Positions 46,070 through 58,542 of a stretch of 64,000 nucleotides of DNA are shown here, one piece after another; position 1 is the stretch's first letter, and every line of letters starts with the position of its first letter. The notes below the pieces were generated by a model that ran no database searches, was not told where the DNA came from, and worked only from the letters and a program-made list of their open reading frames with translations. Where the stretch lies: contig JANOEP010000016.1 in assembly GCA_031441465.1 (NCBI GenBank), positions 64,001-128,000 of the forward strand, read 5' to 3'. The position numbers and the translations under genes are program-made. The stretch comes from a bacterium. GTDB taxonomy: Bacteria; Krumholzibacteriota; Krumholzibacteriia; LZORAL124-64-63.

Positions 46070-47308
46070 ATGGTTTCGGAACGGCCACTTCACCGGGTCC
46101 TGGTCATCGACGAGGAATTCGCCATCCGCCCGGACACCGGCAAGCGGCAGCGGTCGTTGTCTTTGATGCGCGGGCTTTTCGGGCGGTACCGCGTGACATA
46201 TCTGGCCTTCGTCGGCGACGAGCACGAGGAGCGGGAAGTCAGGGGTTTCTACGAACCGCTCGGCGTCGAGGTGGTGCCCGTCCGGCGGCCCCGGGTCTAC
46301 AAGAAGGGGGCGAAGCAGACGATCACGGCGCTGAAGGTGCTCGGTCGACGGGAACCGGCCAGCGTCGCCGCCTATCGGAGCCGGGCCTTCCTGGACGCGG
46401 TGTCCCGGCTGCTCGCCGAGCGCAGCTACGATCTGATCCACTGCGAGATCACGCAGATGAGTTGGGCGGTCCCCTTCGGTTGCGGCGTGCCGACCGTCCT
46501 GAACGCGCACAACGTCGAATCCGTCATCTGGAAGCGCTTGGCCGCGGTGTCGAGCCCCGTGCGCCGGCTCGTGTTTTCCAGTCAGGCCGGGAAGATGGCC
46601 GCCTTCGAACGGGAAGTCCTGCCGCGGTTCGACCACGTCGTCAGCGTGAGCGAAGCGGACCGCGACTGCATGTGTCGGGGCTACCGTGACGGGTCGATCG
46701 ACGTCATCGCCAACGGCGCCTGCCTGGACGAGCCCGCACTCCCGCGTCGTCGCGGCGGCACGCCCGTGATCCTGTTTCCGGGCTCCCTGAACTGGCGACC
46801 CGGCCAGGACGCCGCGCACCACCTGGTCACCGCCGTGATGCCCGCGCTCCGGCTCGCGTGCCCGGGCGTGCGCTGCCTGCTGGTCGGCAAGGGGCCTCCG
46901 CAGTGGTTGCTCGACCTGTGCGCGAAGACGCCGGACGTGGAATGCCGGGCCGACGTGCCGTCGATGACCCCCTACTTCGAGCAGTCCGACCTGGTGGTCG
47001 TGCCCCTGCGGGTCGGCAGCGGCAGCCGCCTGAAGATCCTCGAGGCGTTCGCCATGGGACGCGCCGTGGTCTCGACGCCGGTCGGCGCCGAGGGGCTCGC
47101 CGTTCAGGATGGGGTTCACCTCGATCTCGCGGCGCCGGGCCCGCCGTTCGCGGCGGCGGTCCGCGATCTGCTGCTGGACGAAGCGCGACGCGAGCGGTAT
47201 ATCCGCAGTGCGAGGCAGTTCGTCGAGGAGCACCACGCCTGGAACAAGTTGGGCAACGACCTCGACGCAGTCTGGCGACGATTGATCGGCGGCGCCGGTC
47301 GAGCCTGA
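46070..47308 (+). CDS. GT4 glycosyltransferase
   Basis: HNVES, VSEAD, VVPLRVGSGSRLKILEAFAMG, STPVGAEG. Confidence 0.9.
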   Translation: MVSERPLHRVLVIDEEFAIRPDTGKRQRSLSLMRGLFGRYRVTYLAFVGDEHEEREVRGFYEPLGVEVVPVRRPRVYKKGAKQTITALKVLGRREPASVAAYRSRAFLDAVSRLLAERSYDLIHCEITQMSWAVPFGCGVPTVLNAHNVESVIWKRLAAVSSPVRRLVFSSQAGKMAAFEREVLPRFDHVVSVSEADRDCMCRGYRDGSIDVIANGACLDEPALPRRRGGTPVILFPGSLNWRPGQDAAHHLVTAVMPALRLACPGVRCLLVGKGPPQWLLDLCAKTPDVECRADVPSMTPYFEQSDLVVVPLRVGSGSRLKILEAFAMGRAVVSTPVGAEGLAVQDGVHLDLAAPGPPFAAAVRDLLLDEARRERYIRSARQFVEEHHAWNKLGNDLDAVWRRLIGGAGRA

Positions 47309-47338
47309 TCCCGGCGACCCGACAAGGAGACCGTTGCG

Positions 47339-48760
47339 ATGCGCCCCCTGGTCTGGTTCCGCAGCGACCTGCGGACCGCCGACAACTCCGCCCTGTACAC
47401 CGCCTGCGCCGCCGCGGAGGGACCGGTCTGCGCCCTGTTCCTGGTCTGCGCCGACCAGTGGCGCGAGCACGACTGGGGCCGGCCGCGCACGGACTTCCTG
47501 CGCCGCTCGGTGGCGCAGTTGGGCGCGGACCTCGCGGCGCTGGACATCCCCCTGCTGGTGCGCGCCGTCGGGTCCTTCGACGCGGCGCCCGCGGCTGTGG
47601 TCGACGTCGCGCGGCATGCCGGTTGCGACGCGGTCTTCTGCAACGTGGAACCGGAGTGGAACGAGCTGCAGCGCGACCTCGCCGCCGCGCGGGCCTGCGC
47701 CGACGCCGGGCTCGCCTGGCACCTCCACGACGACCAGACCGTGCTGCCGCCGTCGTCGCTCGCCACCCGCCAGGGCGGTGCCTACACCGTCTACACGCCC
47801 TACTGGAACACCTGGCGCCTCAACCTGCTGCGCGCGGGCGCGCCGGAGCCCGCACCCGTTCCGCGCGGCCGACCGGCACGCGTGGTGGAGCCCGAGCCCG
47901 GGCCCCCGGATTGGGGGGAGTTCGCGGGACCCGTCGTGCCGGCGACGCGCTGGCCCGCGGGCGAGCGCGCGGCCCGGCGCCGGCTGGACGCCTTCGTCGC
48001 CGGACCGATCAACCTCTACCACGAGCGGCGCAACCAGGCCGATCTCGCGGGAGGCACCAGCGAGCTGTCGCCGTACCTGGCCGTCGGCGCGATCTCGGCG
48101 CGGCAGTGCCTGTCCGCGGTCCTGAAGCGCAACGGCGGCCTGCTGGACACGCTCGGCCTGGGGCCGGCGGTCTGGGTCAAGGAGCTGGTCTGGCGCGAGT
48201 TCTACCGGCACGTGATGACGGGCTACCCGCGCGTGAGTCGCGGGCGCGCCTTCAAGGTCGCGACCGAACGCTTGGCGTGGCGCAGCGACGACGACGAACT
48301 GTCGGCCTGGCAGCAGGGGCGCACCGGCTACCCCTACGTCGATGCCGGCATGAGGCAGCTCGCGGCCGAGGGCTGGATGCACAACCGCCTGCGCATGATC
48401 ACCGCGATGTTCCTGACCAAGCACCTGCTGCACGACTGGCGCGAGGGCGAACAGTGGTTCGCGCAATCGCTGGTCGACGTCGACCTGTCCAGCAACAACG
48501 GCGGCTGGCAGTGGTGCGCCTCTACGGGCACCGACGCCTCGCCCTATTTCCGGGTCTTCAATCCCGCGACCCAGGGTCGCCGCCACGATCCCGACGGCGT
48601 GTACGTGCGACGCTGGGTGCCGGAGCTGGCGGGCCTGAGCGCCCGCGAGGTCCACGAGCCGTCGCCCGCCGCCCGCCGGCACTGTGGCTATCCGGAGCCG
48701 ATCGTGGACCACGTCCTGGCCCGTCACCGCGTCATGGGAGCGTTCCGCGGGCTGATGTGA
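47339..48760 (+). CDS. phrB: Deoxyribodipyrimidine photolyase (class I CPD)
   Basis: VWFRSDLRTADN, TSELSPYL, ELVWREFY, TGYPYVDAGMRQL, WMHNRLRM, NNGGWQW, YFRVFNP. Confidence 0.95.
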   Translation: MRPLVWFRSDLRTADNSALYTACAAAEGPVCALFLVCADQWREHDWGRPRTDFLRRSVAQLGADLAALDIPLLVRAVGSFDAAPAAVVDVARHAGCDAVFCNVEPEWNELQRDLAAARACADAGLAWHLHDDQTVLPPSSLATRQGGAYTVYTPYWNTWRLNLLRAGAPEPAPVPRGRPARVVEPEPGPPDWGEFAGPVVPATRWPAGERAARRRLDAFVAGPINLYHERRNQADLAGGTSELSPYLAVGAISARQCLSAVLKRNGGLLDTLGLGPAVWVKELVWREFYRHVMTGYPRVSRGRAFKVATERLAWRSDDDELSAWQQGRTGYPYVDAGMRQLAAEGWMHNRLRMITAMFLTKHLLHDWREGEQWFAQSLVDVDLSSNNGGWQWCASTGTDASPYFRVFNPATQGRRHDPDGVYVRRWVPELAGLSAREVHEPSPAARRHCGYPEPIVDHVLARHRVMGAFRGLM

Positions 48761-48775
48761 GGCGAAGGGGAAGTC

Positions 48776-50212
48776 ATGGAGTCGCACGACAGGGACCAGG
48801 CCGTTCGCGAGAAGCGGTCCGCCGCCGGCAAGTCGGTGGTCGCGGCCGTGGCGCTCACCGGCCTGAAGCTCGTCGTGGGCCTGATGACCGGCAGCCTCGG
48901 CATCCTCGCCGAGGCGCTGCATTCGGCCCTGGATCTCGTGGCGGCGGTGGTGACCTACTTCGCGGTCAGCGTCTCGGACCGCCCCGCCGACCGCGAGCAC
49001 CACTACGGGCACGGCAAGGTCGAGAACCTCGCCGCGATGTTCGAGACCGCGCTGCTGATGGTGACCTGCGTGTGGATCGTCTACGAGGCCGTGCAGCGCC
49101 TGCTCTTCAAGAAGGTGGAGATCGAAGCCACCTGGTGGGCCTTCGGCGTGATGCTCTTCTCGATCGTCGTGGATGTGTCCCGCTCGCGCATGCTGAAGCG
49201 GGCGGCCCTCAAGCACAACAGCCAGGCGCTCGAGGCCGACGCGCTTCACTTCTCGACCGACGTGTGGAGTTCGGCGGTGGTGCTCGTCGGCCTGGGCCTG
49301 GTGTGGCTCGGAGAGCGTTTGGGTTCCACCTGGGGCTGGATGGCGCAGGCCGACGCCGTGGCGGCGTTGGGTGTGGCGGTCATCGTCATGGTGGTCTGCC
49401 TGCAGCTGGGCAAGCGCGCCGTCGCGGCCCTGCTCGACGCGGCCCCGCCGGGCCTCCTGGCCGACGTCGCCGCCGCGGTCGCGGAGGTGCCCGGCGTCCA
49501 GGCGGTCGGGCCGGTGCGCGTGCGTGCGAGCGGGGCGTCGACCTTCGTCGACCTGACCGTGGACGTCGCCCGCAGCGCCGCGCTCGAGGAGGCGCACGCC
49601 GTCGCGGTCGCGGTCGAGGAGCGCGTGCGCTCCCTGGTGCCGCGCTGCGACGTGGTAGTCCACGTCGACCCCGTGAAGAACCGCGACGAGAGCCTGCCGC
49701 GCACCGTGCTGGCCGTGGCCGCGCGGCTCGGCCTGCGCACGCACGGCGTGCATTCCCACGAGGTGCGCGGCCGCTACTTCCTGGACCTGCACGTCGAGAT
49801 GCCCGAGCACCTCACCCTGGCCGAAGCCCACGCCGCGGTCGACCGTTTCGAGGCGGCCGTGCGCGCCGAACTGCCCCACGTCCAGGACATCCGCAGCCAC
49901 CTGGAGCCCTTCGCGGTGCCGCTGGACGAACCATCGCCCCTGACCCCCGCCGCAGAGGCCGAACTCGCGGCGCGGATCGGCGCGGCGGTCGCCGGGGTCT
50001 TCGGCACCGGGCGCTGCCGCGTCGACCGCCTCCACGCGACGCCCGGCGGTCTCGACGCCGTGCTGACCTGCCGGGCCGATCCGGGCCTGACCGTGGGCGA
50101 GGCCCACCAGCTGGCGCACGCGGCCGAAGCCCGCCTGCGCTCGCAGGTGGCCGGGATCGGGCAGGTGCTCATCCACGTGGAGCCCGAGGGCCGGACGGGG
50201 GACCCGCTCTAG
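48776..50212 (+). CDS. Cation diffusion facilitator with three tandem C-terminal dimerisation domains
   Basis: AEALHSALD, HHYGHGKVE, ADALHFSTD; repeats ending HVDP, HLEP, HVEP. Confidence 0.9.
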   Translation: MESHDRDQAVREKRSAAGKSVVAAVALTGLKLVVGLMTGSLGILAEALHSALDLVAAVVTYFAVSVSDRPADREHHYGHGKVENLAAMFETALLMVTCVWIVYEAVQRLLFKKVEIEATWWAFGVMLFSIVVDVSRSRMLKRAALKHNSQALEADALHFSTDVWSSAVVLVGLGLVWLGERLGSTWGWMAQADAVAALGVAVIVMVVCLQLGKRAVAALLDAAPPGLLADVAAAVAEVPGVQAVGPVRVRASGASTFVDLTVDVARSAALEEAHAVAVAVEERVRSLVPRCDVVVHVDPVKNRDESLPRTVLAVAARLGLRTHGVHSHEVRGRYFLDLHVEMPEHLTLAEAHAAVDRFEAAVRAELPHVQDIRSHLEPFAVPLDEPSPLTPAAEAELAARIGAAVAGVFGTGRCRVDRLHATPGGLDAVLTCRADPGLTVGEAHQLAHAAEARLRSQVAGIGQVLIHVEPEGRTGDPL

Positions 50213-51717
50213 CGTGCCCGCTTCTTCTCGCCGATCAGGAGCGTCGTCTGGTTGGGACAGTCGCAGACCGTGTATTCGGCGGCGGGAATGGTGTAGACGC
50301 GCCGCTCCTCGAAGCCCGCCATCAGGTTGGTCGACGACCAGGTCGCGGGGAAGACGGCGATCCAGTCCATCTGCTGGTAGAGATCGTTCAGCTTGGTGCG
50401 GCCGAAGGCGCGGCCGTGCAGGTTCAGCCCGATCAGGTCCAGGACGCGGCGGTCGGAGAAATAGCGCAGCGCGCCGGCGTCGTTCACGCCGACGACCGCG
50501 TCGGCGGGCGTGGCGCTGCGCAACCACAGCGCGGGCTGGATGTTCATGCGCGCGATCGCGGCGCCGTCGGATTCCAGGCGGGAGCGGCGCTCGCCCCAGG
50601 CCCCGAGGCAGCCGGCAAGCGCGCTGAACAGCAGCACGCCGCCCAGGACGCGGCCCATCGTGCGCCGTCGGTCGGGCAACAGACCGGGCGCCCGCGCGAT
50701 CGCGATGCCGAAGCCCGCGCCCGCGGCGGCGGTCAGGGCCAGGGCCGGCGGGTCGGCCCAGCGCGTCCAGTAGTAGCCGGACAGACCGATCTGGCGTCCC
50801 GCGACCACGGCCAGCAGGTACACGATCGGCGCCAGCAACAGTGAGAGGCCCACGATGCCGGCCGTGCGCCCGCGGCGTCGCGCGAGCGACAGGGCCAGGG
50901 TTGCGGCCCCGAGCAGCAGGACCGACGCGGTGATCGGGCCGTTCTGCGCGAGCAGGTTCCACGCCAGACGCAGGCGGTCCAACCCCAGCCCGAATCCGGC
51001 GGACTTCACGTAGAAGGTGGCCGGCAGGGGGCGTCCCGTCGCGGACAAGCAGAACAGCACCCACAACACGGCCGGCAGCAGCGCCGCGCCGGCATCGCGC
51101 GCGAGCCGCCGCCGCCCGCCGCGATCCGACCATCCCGGCACCAGCACCGGCAGCGCGACCAGCGGCGCTACGAGCGCCATCTCGGGCCGCGCCGTCACGC
51201 CCAGCCCCAACAGCAGCAGCCCCGCCGTGCGGCGGCCGGCGACAAGCGCCGCCGTCCCGCCCAGCCACAGCGCGAGCGTCAGCGGGGTCTCCATCCCCGA
51301 CAGGGCGGCGAAGGCCAGTCGCGGGTCCGCCGCCAGCACGCAGGCCGCGACGATCCCCGCAGTGCGCGATCCGGCCGTCTTTTCCGTCAGCGAGACCAGC
51401 GCGAACAGAGCGGCGAGCGCCGCCAGCAGTCCGATCACCTTGACGGCCAGCACGACGGCGTCGTCGCCGGCGAACTGCAGCGCATGGGCCGGCGCGCTGA
51501 CGATCGCCCACAAGGGGCTCGTGGCGCCGGTCTCCTGCTGTCCGGGGTTGTAGGCGAAGCCCTGCAGGTGCGCGAAGGAGCGGGCATAGACGCGGTGGAT
51601 CCAGGCATCGTCCAGCGGGAAGCCGGTGCGCGCGTGCGGGCCGCCGCCCAGCAGCCAGGCGGCGCCGGCCAGCAGGACGAGGGCGGGCAGCAGATCGAGC
51701 GGGCGCGGCCTGGGCAT
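50209..51717 (-). CDS. Multi-pass membrane GT-C-fold glycosyltransferase-like protein
   Basis: DDAWIHRVYA, GATSPLW, SGMET, ARPE, NDAGALRY, DLIGL; many TM helices. Confidence 0.7.
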   Translation of the reverse strand: MPRPRPLDLLPALVLLAGAAWLLGGGPHARTGFPLDDAWIHRVYARSFAHLQGFAYNPGQQETGATSPLWAIVSAPAHALQFAGDDAVVLAVKVIGLLAALAALFALVSLTEKTAGSRTAGIVAACVLAADPRLAFAALSGMETPLTLALWLGGTAALVAGRRTAGLLLLGLGVTARPEMALVAPLVALPVLVPGWSDRGGRRRLARDAGAALLPAVLWVLFCLSATGRPLPATFYVKSAGFGLGLDRLRLAWNLLAQNGPITASVLLLGAATLALSLARRRGRTAGIVGLSLLLAPIVYLLAVVAGRQIGLSGYYWTRWADPPALALTAAAGAGFGIAIARAPGLLPDRRRTMGRVLGGVLLFSALAGCLGAWGERRSRLESDGAAIARMNIQPALWLRSATPADAVVGVNDAGALRYFSDRRVLDLIGLNLHGRAFGRTKLNDLYQQMDWIAVFPATWSSTNLMAGFEERRVYTIPAAEYTVCDCPNQTTLLIGEKKRAR

Positions 51718-51851
51718 GGGGAATCCTTTCGTCGGCGGACTCCCGGAACCATAGAAGAACCAGTGATCCGCGTCCAGGCGCCTATTGCAACGACCGCCGG
51801 CCGGCGCGACAATGTCTCCGGAGGACGAATCCTCTCTCCGGGGACGGTATC

Positions 51852-52811
51852 GTGAGACCAGCCAGCAAGCCGTTCGTACTCGTTCTCCTGATCGCGGCGT
51901 TGACCGTGCCGATGCGAGCCGCCGGTCAACCTGCAGGGGACGCCGTTCCCACGACCGTGATGTCCTTCAACATCCGCTACGGGACCGCGGACGACGGCCC
52001 GAACGCCTGGGAGCACCGTCGCTACCTCGTACGCCTGGCGATCCGCGAGCGGCAGCCGGCGATCCTCGCGGTCCAGGAGTGCCTCTGGGACCAGGGCCTC
52101 GAACTGGAACGCGCCTTCTCCGAGTACCGGATCACGGGCGTCGGGCGCGACGACGGCAAGCGCGCCGGAGAGATGTGCCTGATCTTCACGTGCCGCGACC
52201 GCTACCGCCTGCTGGACCAGGGCAACTTCTGGCTGAGCGAGACGCCGCAGACGCCGGGCAGCCGGGGCTGGGACGCCGCCTGCCCGCGCCTCGTGACCTG
52301 GGTGAAGCTCTACGACCGCGCCTGCGATCCCGACACGCTCTACGTGTTCAACACCCACCTCGACCACCAGGGTGAACGGGCCCGCGAACAGGGCGCCCTG
52401 CTGCTGCGGCGGCGGATGGGCGAGATCGCCCGCCACCACGCCGCGCTGCTGCTGGGCGACTTCAACGCGCCGGCCGATCCCGGCAGCCCGCCCTACCGGA
52501 TCCTGGCGCAGGAAGGCTGGCGCGACGGCATCGCCCTGCGCGACTCTTGGCACGCCGCGACACCGGCGGCGCGCGCTCAGCCGGACGGCACCTTCCACGG
52601 CTTCACCGGCACGCCCAGCCGGGGGCGCATCGACTGGATCCTGGCCGGGGCCGCGCTGCCGCCCGCCGGCGCCGGGATCGCGCGCTTCAGCCAGGACGGG
52701 CGCTGGCCCTCGGACCACTTCCCGGTCTGGGCCGTCTTCCGCCAAACGCGCCACCCGCCCCGCCCCGGCGATGTGGTCGACGGCGCGACGGGCGCTTCCC
52801 CCCGCTACTGA
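51852..52811 (+). CDS. Secreted endonuclease/exonuclease/phosphatase-family protein
   Basis: Signal peptide; MSFNIRY, VQE, NTHLDH, GDFN, IDWI, SDHFPV. Confidence 0.9.
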   Translation: MRPASKPFVLVLLIAALTVPMRAAGQPAGDAVPTTVMSFNIRYGTADDGPNAWEHRRYLVRLAIRERQPAILAVQECLWDQGLELERAFSEYRITGVGRDDGKRAGEMCLIFTCRDRYRLLDQGNFWLSETPQTPGSRGWDAACPRLVTWVKLYDRACDPDTLYVFNTHLDHQGERAREQGALLLRRRMGEIARHHAALLLGDFNAPADPGSPPYRILAQEGWRDGIALRDSWHAATPAARAQPDGTFHGFTGTPSRGRIDWILAGAALPPAGAGIARFSQDGRWPSDHFPVWAVFRQTRHPPRPGDVVDGATGASPRY

Positions 52812-53074
52812 ACGGCGGATATTCCCGAACGAAGCGAGTCGGGGGAGTCCGGTATCGTCGCCGGCGCCCGGCGTCCAGACCGCCCGCCGGTTCCCGGACG
52901 TGCCGCCGCGCGACGATACCGTGGGGCTGGACCCGGGCGGCGGTTCCCGGTACGATGTCGGCCGCTGTGATGCGGGTCGGCGCGAGGCCGAGTCCGCCCG
53001 GCACGCCGGCCGGCCATGGAAGTCATGGCTGCGTGGGCGGCAGCCGGCGGCAGCACGAACAAGGGAGTGGCTGG

Positions 53075-55468
<2,394 letters not shown>

Positions 55469-55540
55469 CGCGGAGGCGGGGCGGCGAGCCCATCGGCGGC
55501 ATCGCTGGACTATTTGCGGTTTGGGCCGGTCCGAGCCGCC

Positions 55541-55568
55541 GATTCACCGAAAATTCACAATATTCAAA
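55541..55568 (+). promoter_or_regulatory. Candidate PHO box
   Basis: ATTCAC at 55542 and 55553 (11-bp period) in an AT-rich patch upstream of pstS. Confidence 0.5.
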
Positions 55569-55653
55569 CTCCGCCCACATGATCCGGAGCGATGCTGTGG
55601 GCACCGCTCCCGGTATCCTTTCCGCCGGGGCACAACCGCGATGGAGGCCGAAG

Positions 55654-56700
55654 TTGAACAAGCTCCTTGCCTGGATCCTGATGTGCCTGGCGGTCGCGAT
55701 GGCCGCCGGTTCCGCGACCGTCGCCGCCGCCGCCGACCTCACGGGCGCGGGCGCCACGTTCCCCTACCCGCTTTATGGCCAGTGGGCCGACACCTACAAG
55801 AAGCTGACCGGCGTGGGCCTGAACTACCAGTCGATCGGCTCGGGCGGCGGCATCGCGCAGATCAAGGCGAAGACCGTGGACTTCGGGGCTTCGGACGCGC
55901 CGCTGACCAAGGCGGACCTCGACGCGGCCGGCCTGCTGCAGTTCCCGATGATCGTCGGCGGCGTGGTGCCGGTCGTGCACATCGAGGGCGTCGACGCCGG
56001 CGCGTTGAAACTGTCGGCGGCGCTGCTGGCCGACATCTACCTCGGCGCGGTGACGAAGTGGAACGACCCCGCCGTGGCCGCCCTGAACCCCGGCCTGGCC
56101 CTGCCCGCGCGCGACATCACCGTGGTCCACCGCGCCGACGGCTCGGGCACGACCTGGATCTTCACGAACTACCTCGACAAGGTGTCGCCCGCGTGGCACG
56201 ACAAGGTCGGCTGCGGCAAGGAAGTCGCCTGGCCCGCCGGCGTCGGCGGCAAGGGCAACGAGGGCGTCGCCGCCTACGTCCAGCGCATCAACGGCGCCGT
56301 CGGGTACGTCGAGTACGCCTACGCGCTGCAGAACAAGCTGGCGCACATCCTGCTCGAGAACCGCGCCGGCAAGTTCGTGGCGCCCACGCAGGCGTCCTTC
56401 CAGTCCGCCGCCGCCGGCGCCGACTGGAAAACGGCGCCCGGCCTCTACCTGGTGCTCACCGACCAGCCCGGCGACGGCAGCTGGCCGATCACGGGCGCCT
56501 CGTTCGTGCTCATCCACCGCGAACAGCAGGACGCCGCCCGCGCGAAGTCGATGCTCGACTTCTTCGCCTGGTGCTTCGCCAGCGGCGACGAGGCCGCCAG
56601 CAAGCTCGACTACGTGCCCATGCCCGACGACGTGGTCGCCCTGGTCGAATCGCTGTGGGGCACCACGGTGAAGTCCGCCGGCGTCCCTGTCTGGAAGTGA
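55654..56700 (+). CDS. pstS: Phosphate ABC transporter substrate-binding protein
   Basis: TTG after GGAGG; TGAGATFP, YQSIGSGGG, DFGASD, RADGSGTT, GKGNEGV. Confidence 0.95.
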   Translation: MNKLLAWILMCLAVAMAAGSATVAAAADLTGAGATFPYPLYGQWADTYKKLTGVGLNYQSIGSGGGIAQIKAKTVDFGASDAPLTKADLDAAGLLQFPMIVGGVVPVVHIEGVDAGALKLSAALLADIYLGAVTKWNDPAVAALNPGLALPARDITVVHRADGSGTTWIFTNYLDKVSPAWHDKVGCGKEVAWPAGVGGKGNEGVAAYVQRINGAVGYVEYAYALQNKLAHILLENRAGKFVAPTQASFQSAAAGADWKTAPGLYLVLTDQPGDGSWPITGASFVLIHREQQDAARAKSMLDFFAWCFASGDEAASKLDYVPMPDDVVALVESLWGTTVKSAGVPVWK

Positions 56701-56715
56701 TCTGTCTGGAAGTGA
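56687..56715 (+). repeat. Tandem duplication of the last 14 bp of pstS
   Basis: CTGTCTGGAAGTGA-T-CTGTCTGGAAGTGA. Confidence 0.8.
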
Positions 56716-56734
56716 CTCGACCGCGGGAGTGCCC

Positions 56735-57700
56735 ATGATGCCGAACCGCGGCGCGACCGCGCCGGAGCCGGCCCGCCGTCGTCCGCGACCGTGGGGGGAT
56801 CCCCTGTTCCGCAGTCTCGCCGCGGCGGCTGCCGGGATCTTTCTGGTGCTGACCGCGGCGATCTGCCTGGAGTTGGTGCGCGGATCGGCGCTCTCGCTGG
56901 CGAAGTTCGGCCCCGGGTTCCTGTGGAGCGCGTCCTGGAATCCGGTGACCCAGGACTTCGGCGCGCTCTCCTCGATCGCCGGCACGCTGGTCTCCACGCT
57001 TATCGCGATGCTGCTGGCCGTGCCGCTGTCGCTCATCATCGCGCTGTTCCTGGTCGAGCTGGCCCCGCCGGCGATCTCGAAGCCGGTGGGCGCGGCCATC
57101 GAGCTGCTGGCGGCCGTGCCCAGCATCATCTACGGCATGTGGGGCCTCTTCGTGTTCGCGCCGTTCATGTCCGACCACATCCAGCCCTTCCTGTCGTCCC
57201 GCTTCGGCTGGCTGCCCCTGTTCAAGGGCCCGCCCATGGGCATCGGCCTGCTCACGGCGGGCATCATCCTGGCCCTGATGATCCTGCCTTTCATCACCTC
57301 GGTGATGCGCGACGTCCTGCGGATGGTCCCGCCCGTGGTGAAAGAGGCGGGCTACGGCATGGGCAGCACCGTCTGGGAAGTGGCCCGCAAGGTCACCGTG
57401 CGCTACGGCGTGCGCGGCATGGCCGGCGCCTGCCTGCTGGGCCTCGGCCGCGCGGTGGGCGAGACGATGGCCGTGACCTTCGTCATCGGCAACGACCACC
57501 GCGTGAGCGCGTCGCTCTTCGCCGCCGGCAACTCCATCGCCTCGGCCCTGGCCAACGAGTTCGCCGAGGCGTCCGAACCCCTGTACCTCTCGGCGCTGGT
57601 CGAACTGGGCCTGGTGCTCTTCCTGATGACCTTCGCCATCCAGGGCCTGACCCACGCCTGGATCCGGCGCCTGGAGCGCAGCGCGGGGAGGGGGCTCTGA
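56735..57700 (+). CDS. pstC: Phosphate ABC transporter permease PstC
   Basis: ELLAAVPSIIYGMWG, LGRAVGETMAV. Confidence 0.95.
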   Translation: MMPNRGATAPEPARRRPRPWGDPLFRSLAAAAAGIFLVLTAAICLELVRGSALSLAKFGPGFLWSASWNPVTQDFGALSSIAGTLVSTLIAMLLAVPLSLIIALFLVELAPPAISKPVGAAIELLAAVPSIIYGMWGLFVFAPFMSDHIQPFLSSRFGWLPLFKGPPMGIGLLTAGIILALMILPFITSVMRDVLRMVPPVVKEAGYGMGSTVWEVARKVTVRYGVRGMAGACLLGLGRAVGETMAVTFVIGNDHRVSASLFAAGNSIASALANEFAEASEPLYLSALVELGLVLFLMTFAIQGLTHAWIRRLERSAGRGL

Positions 57701-58542
57701 TGGAGCGCCGCGACGCCCGTGGCCGCAAGGCCGTCGACTTCGCGGTGCGCACGGCCGCGAGCCTCGCCGCGCTGCTCGGCATCGGCGCGCTGATCTGGAT
57801 CCTCACCGAGGTTGTCCGTCGCGGCGCGCCCGCGCTCAATCCCGCCTTCTTCACTGCCCTGCCCGGCCCGCCCGGCGTCGCCGGGGGTGGCCTGGCCAAC
57901 GCCATCCTGGGCACGATGGCGCTCACGGTCGCGGCGACCGCGGTCGGTGTGCCCCTGGGCATGCTCGCCGGCGTCTACCTGTCGGAGTTCGGGCGCGACA
58001 CGCGCCTGGGCGCGGCGGTGCGCTTCTGCGTGAACGTGTTGATGGGCCTGCCCTCGATCCTGGTGGGCCTGTTCGTTTGGACCGTGCTGGTGGTGCCTTT
58101 CCGCAGCTTCTCCGGCTACGCCGGCGCCACGGCGCTGGCGCTGATCATGCTGCCGGTGGTCGCCCGCACCACTGAGGACATGCTGTCGCTGGTGCCGCAC
58201 GCCCTGCGCGAGGGGGCGCTGGCCCTGGGCACGCCGCGCTGGCGCACCACCCTGATCGCCTTCAAGGCGGCCCGCGGTGGTCTGATCACCGGCGTGCTGC
58301 TGGCCGTGGCCCGCGTCAGCGGCGAGACCGCGCCGCTGCTGTTCACGGCCCTGAACAGCCCCTTCTGGCCCCGGTCGATGTCCGAGCCCGTCGCCAACCT
58401 GACGGTCACCGTCTTCCAGTACGCCATGTCGCCCTACGCCGACTGGCAGGCCAAGGCCTGGGGCGCCTCGCTGCTGATCATGGCCGCCGTGCTGACCACC
58501 TCGCTGCTGGCGCGCACCTTCGCCAGGGAGAGAACGCGATGA
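57700..58542 (+). CDS. pstA: Phosphate ABC transporter permease PstA
   Basis: [36 protein letters not shown]. Confidence 0.95.
   Translation: MERRDARGRKAVDFAVRTAASLAALLGIGALIWILTEVVRRGAPALNPAFFTALPGPPGVAGGGLANAILGTMALTVAATAVGVPLGMLAGVYLSEFGRDTRLGAAVRFCVNVLMGLPSILVGLFVWTVLVVPFRSFSGYAGATALALIMLPVVARTTEDMLSLVPHALREGALALGTPRWRTTLIAFKAARGGLITGVLLAVARVSGETAPLLFTALNSPFWPRSMSEPVANLTVTVFQYAMSPYADWQAKAWGASLLIMAAVLTTSLLARTFARERTR

Noticed and set aside
46022..51511. 1829-aa minus-strand ORF and other very long ORFs (e.g. 46858-50844, 24217-27909, 19918-23247, 8228-11086, 522-3044)
   Set aside because: Arg/Gly/Pro/Ala-rich or antisense shadows of well-supported genes; expected when stop codons are rare at this GC content.
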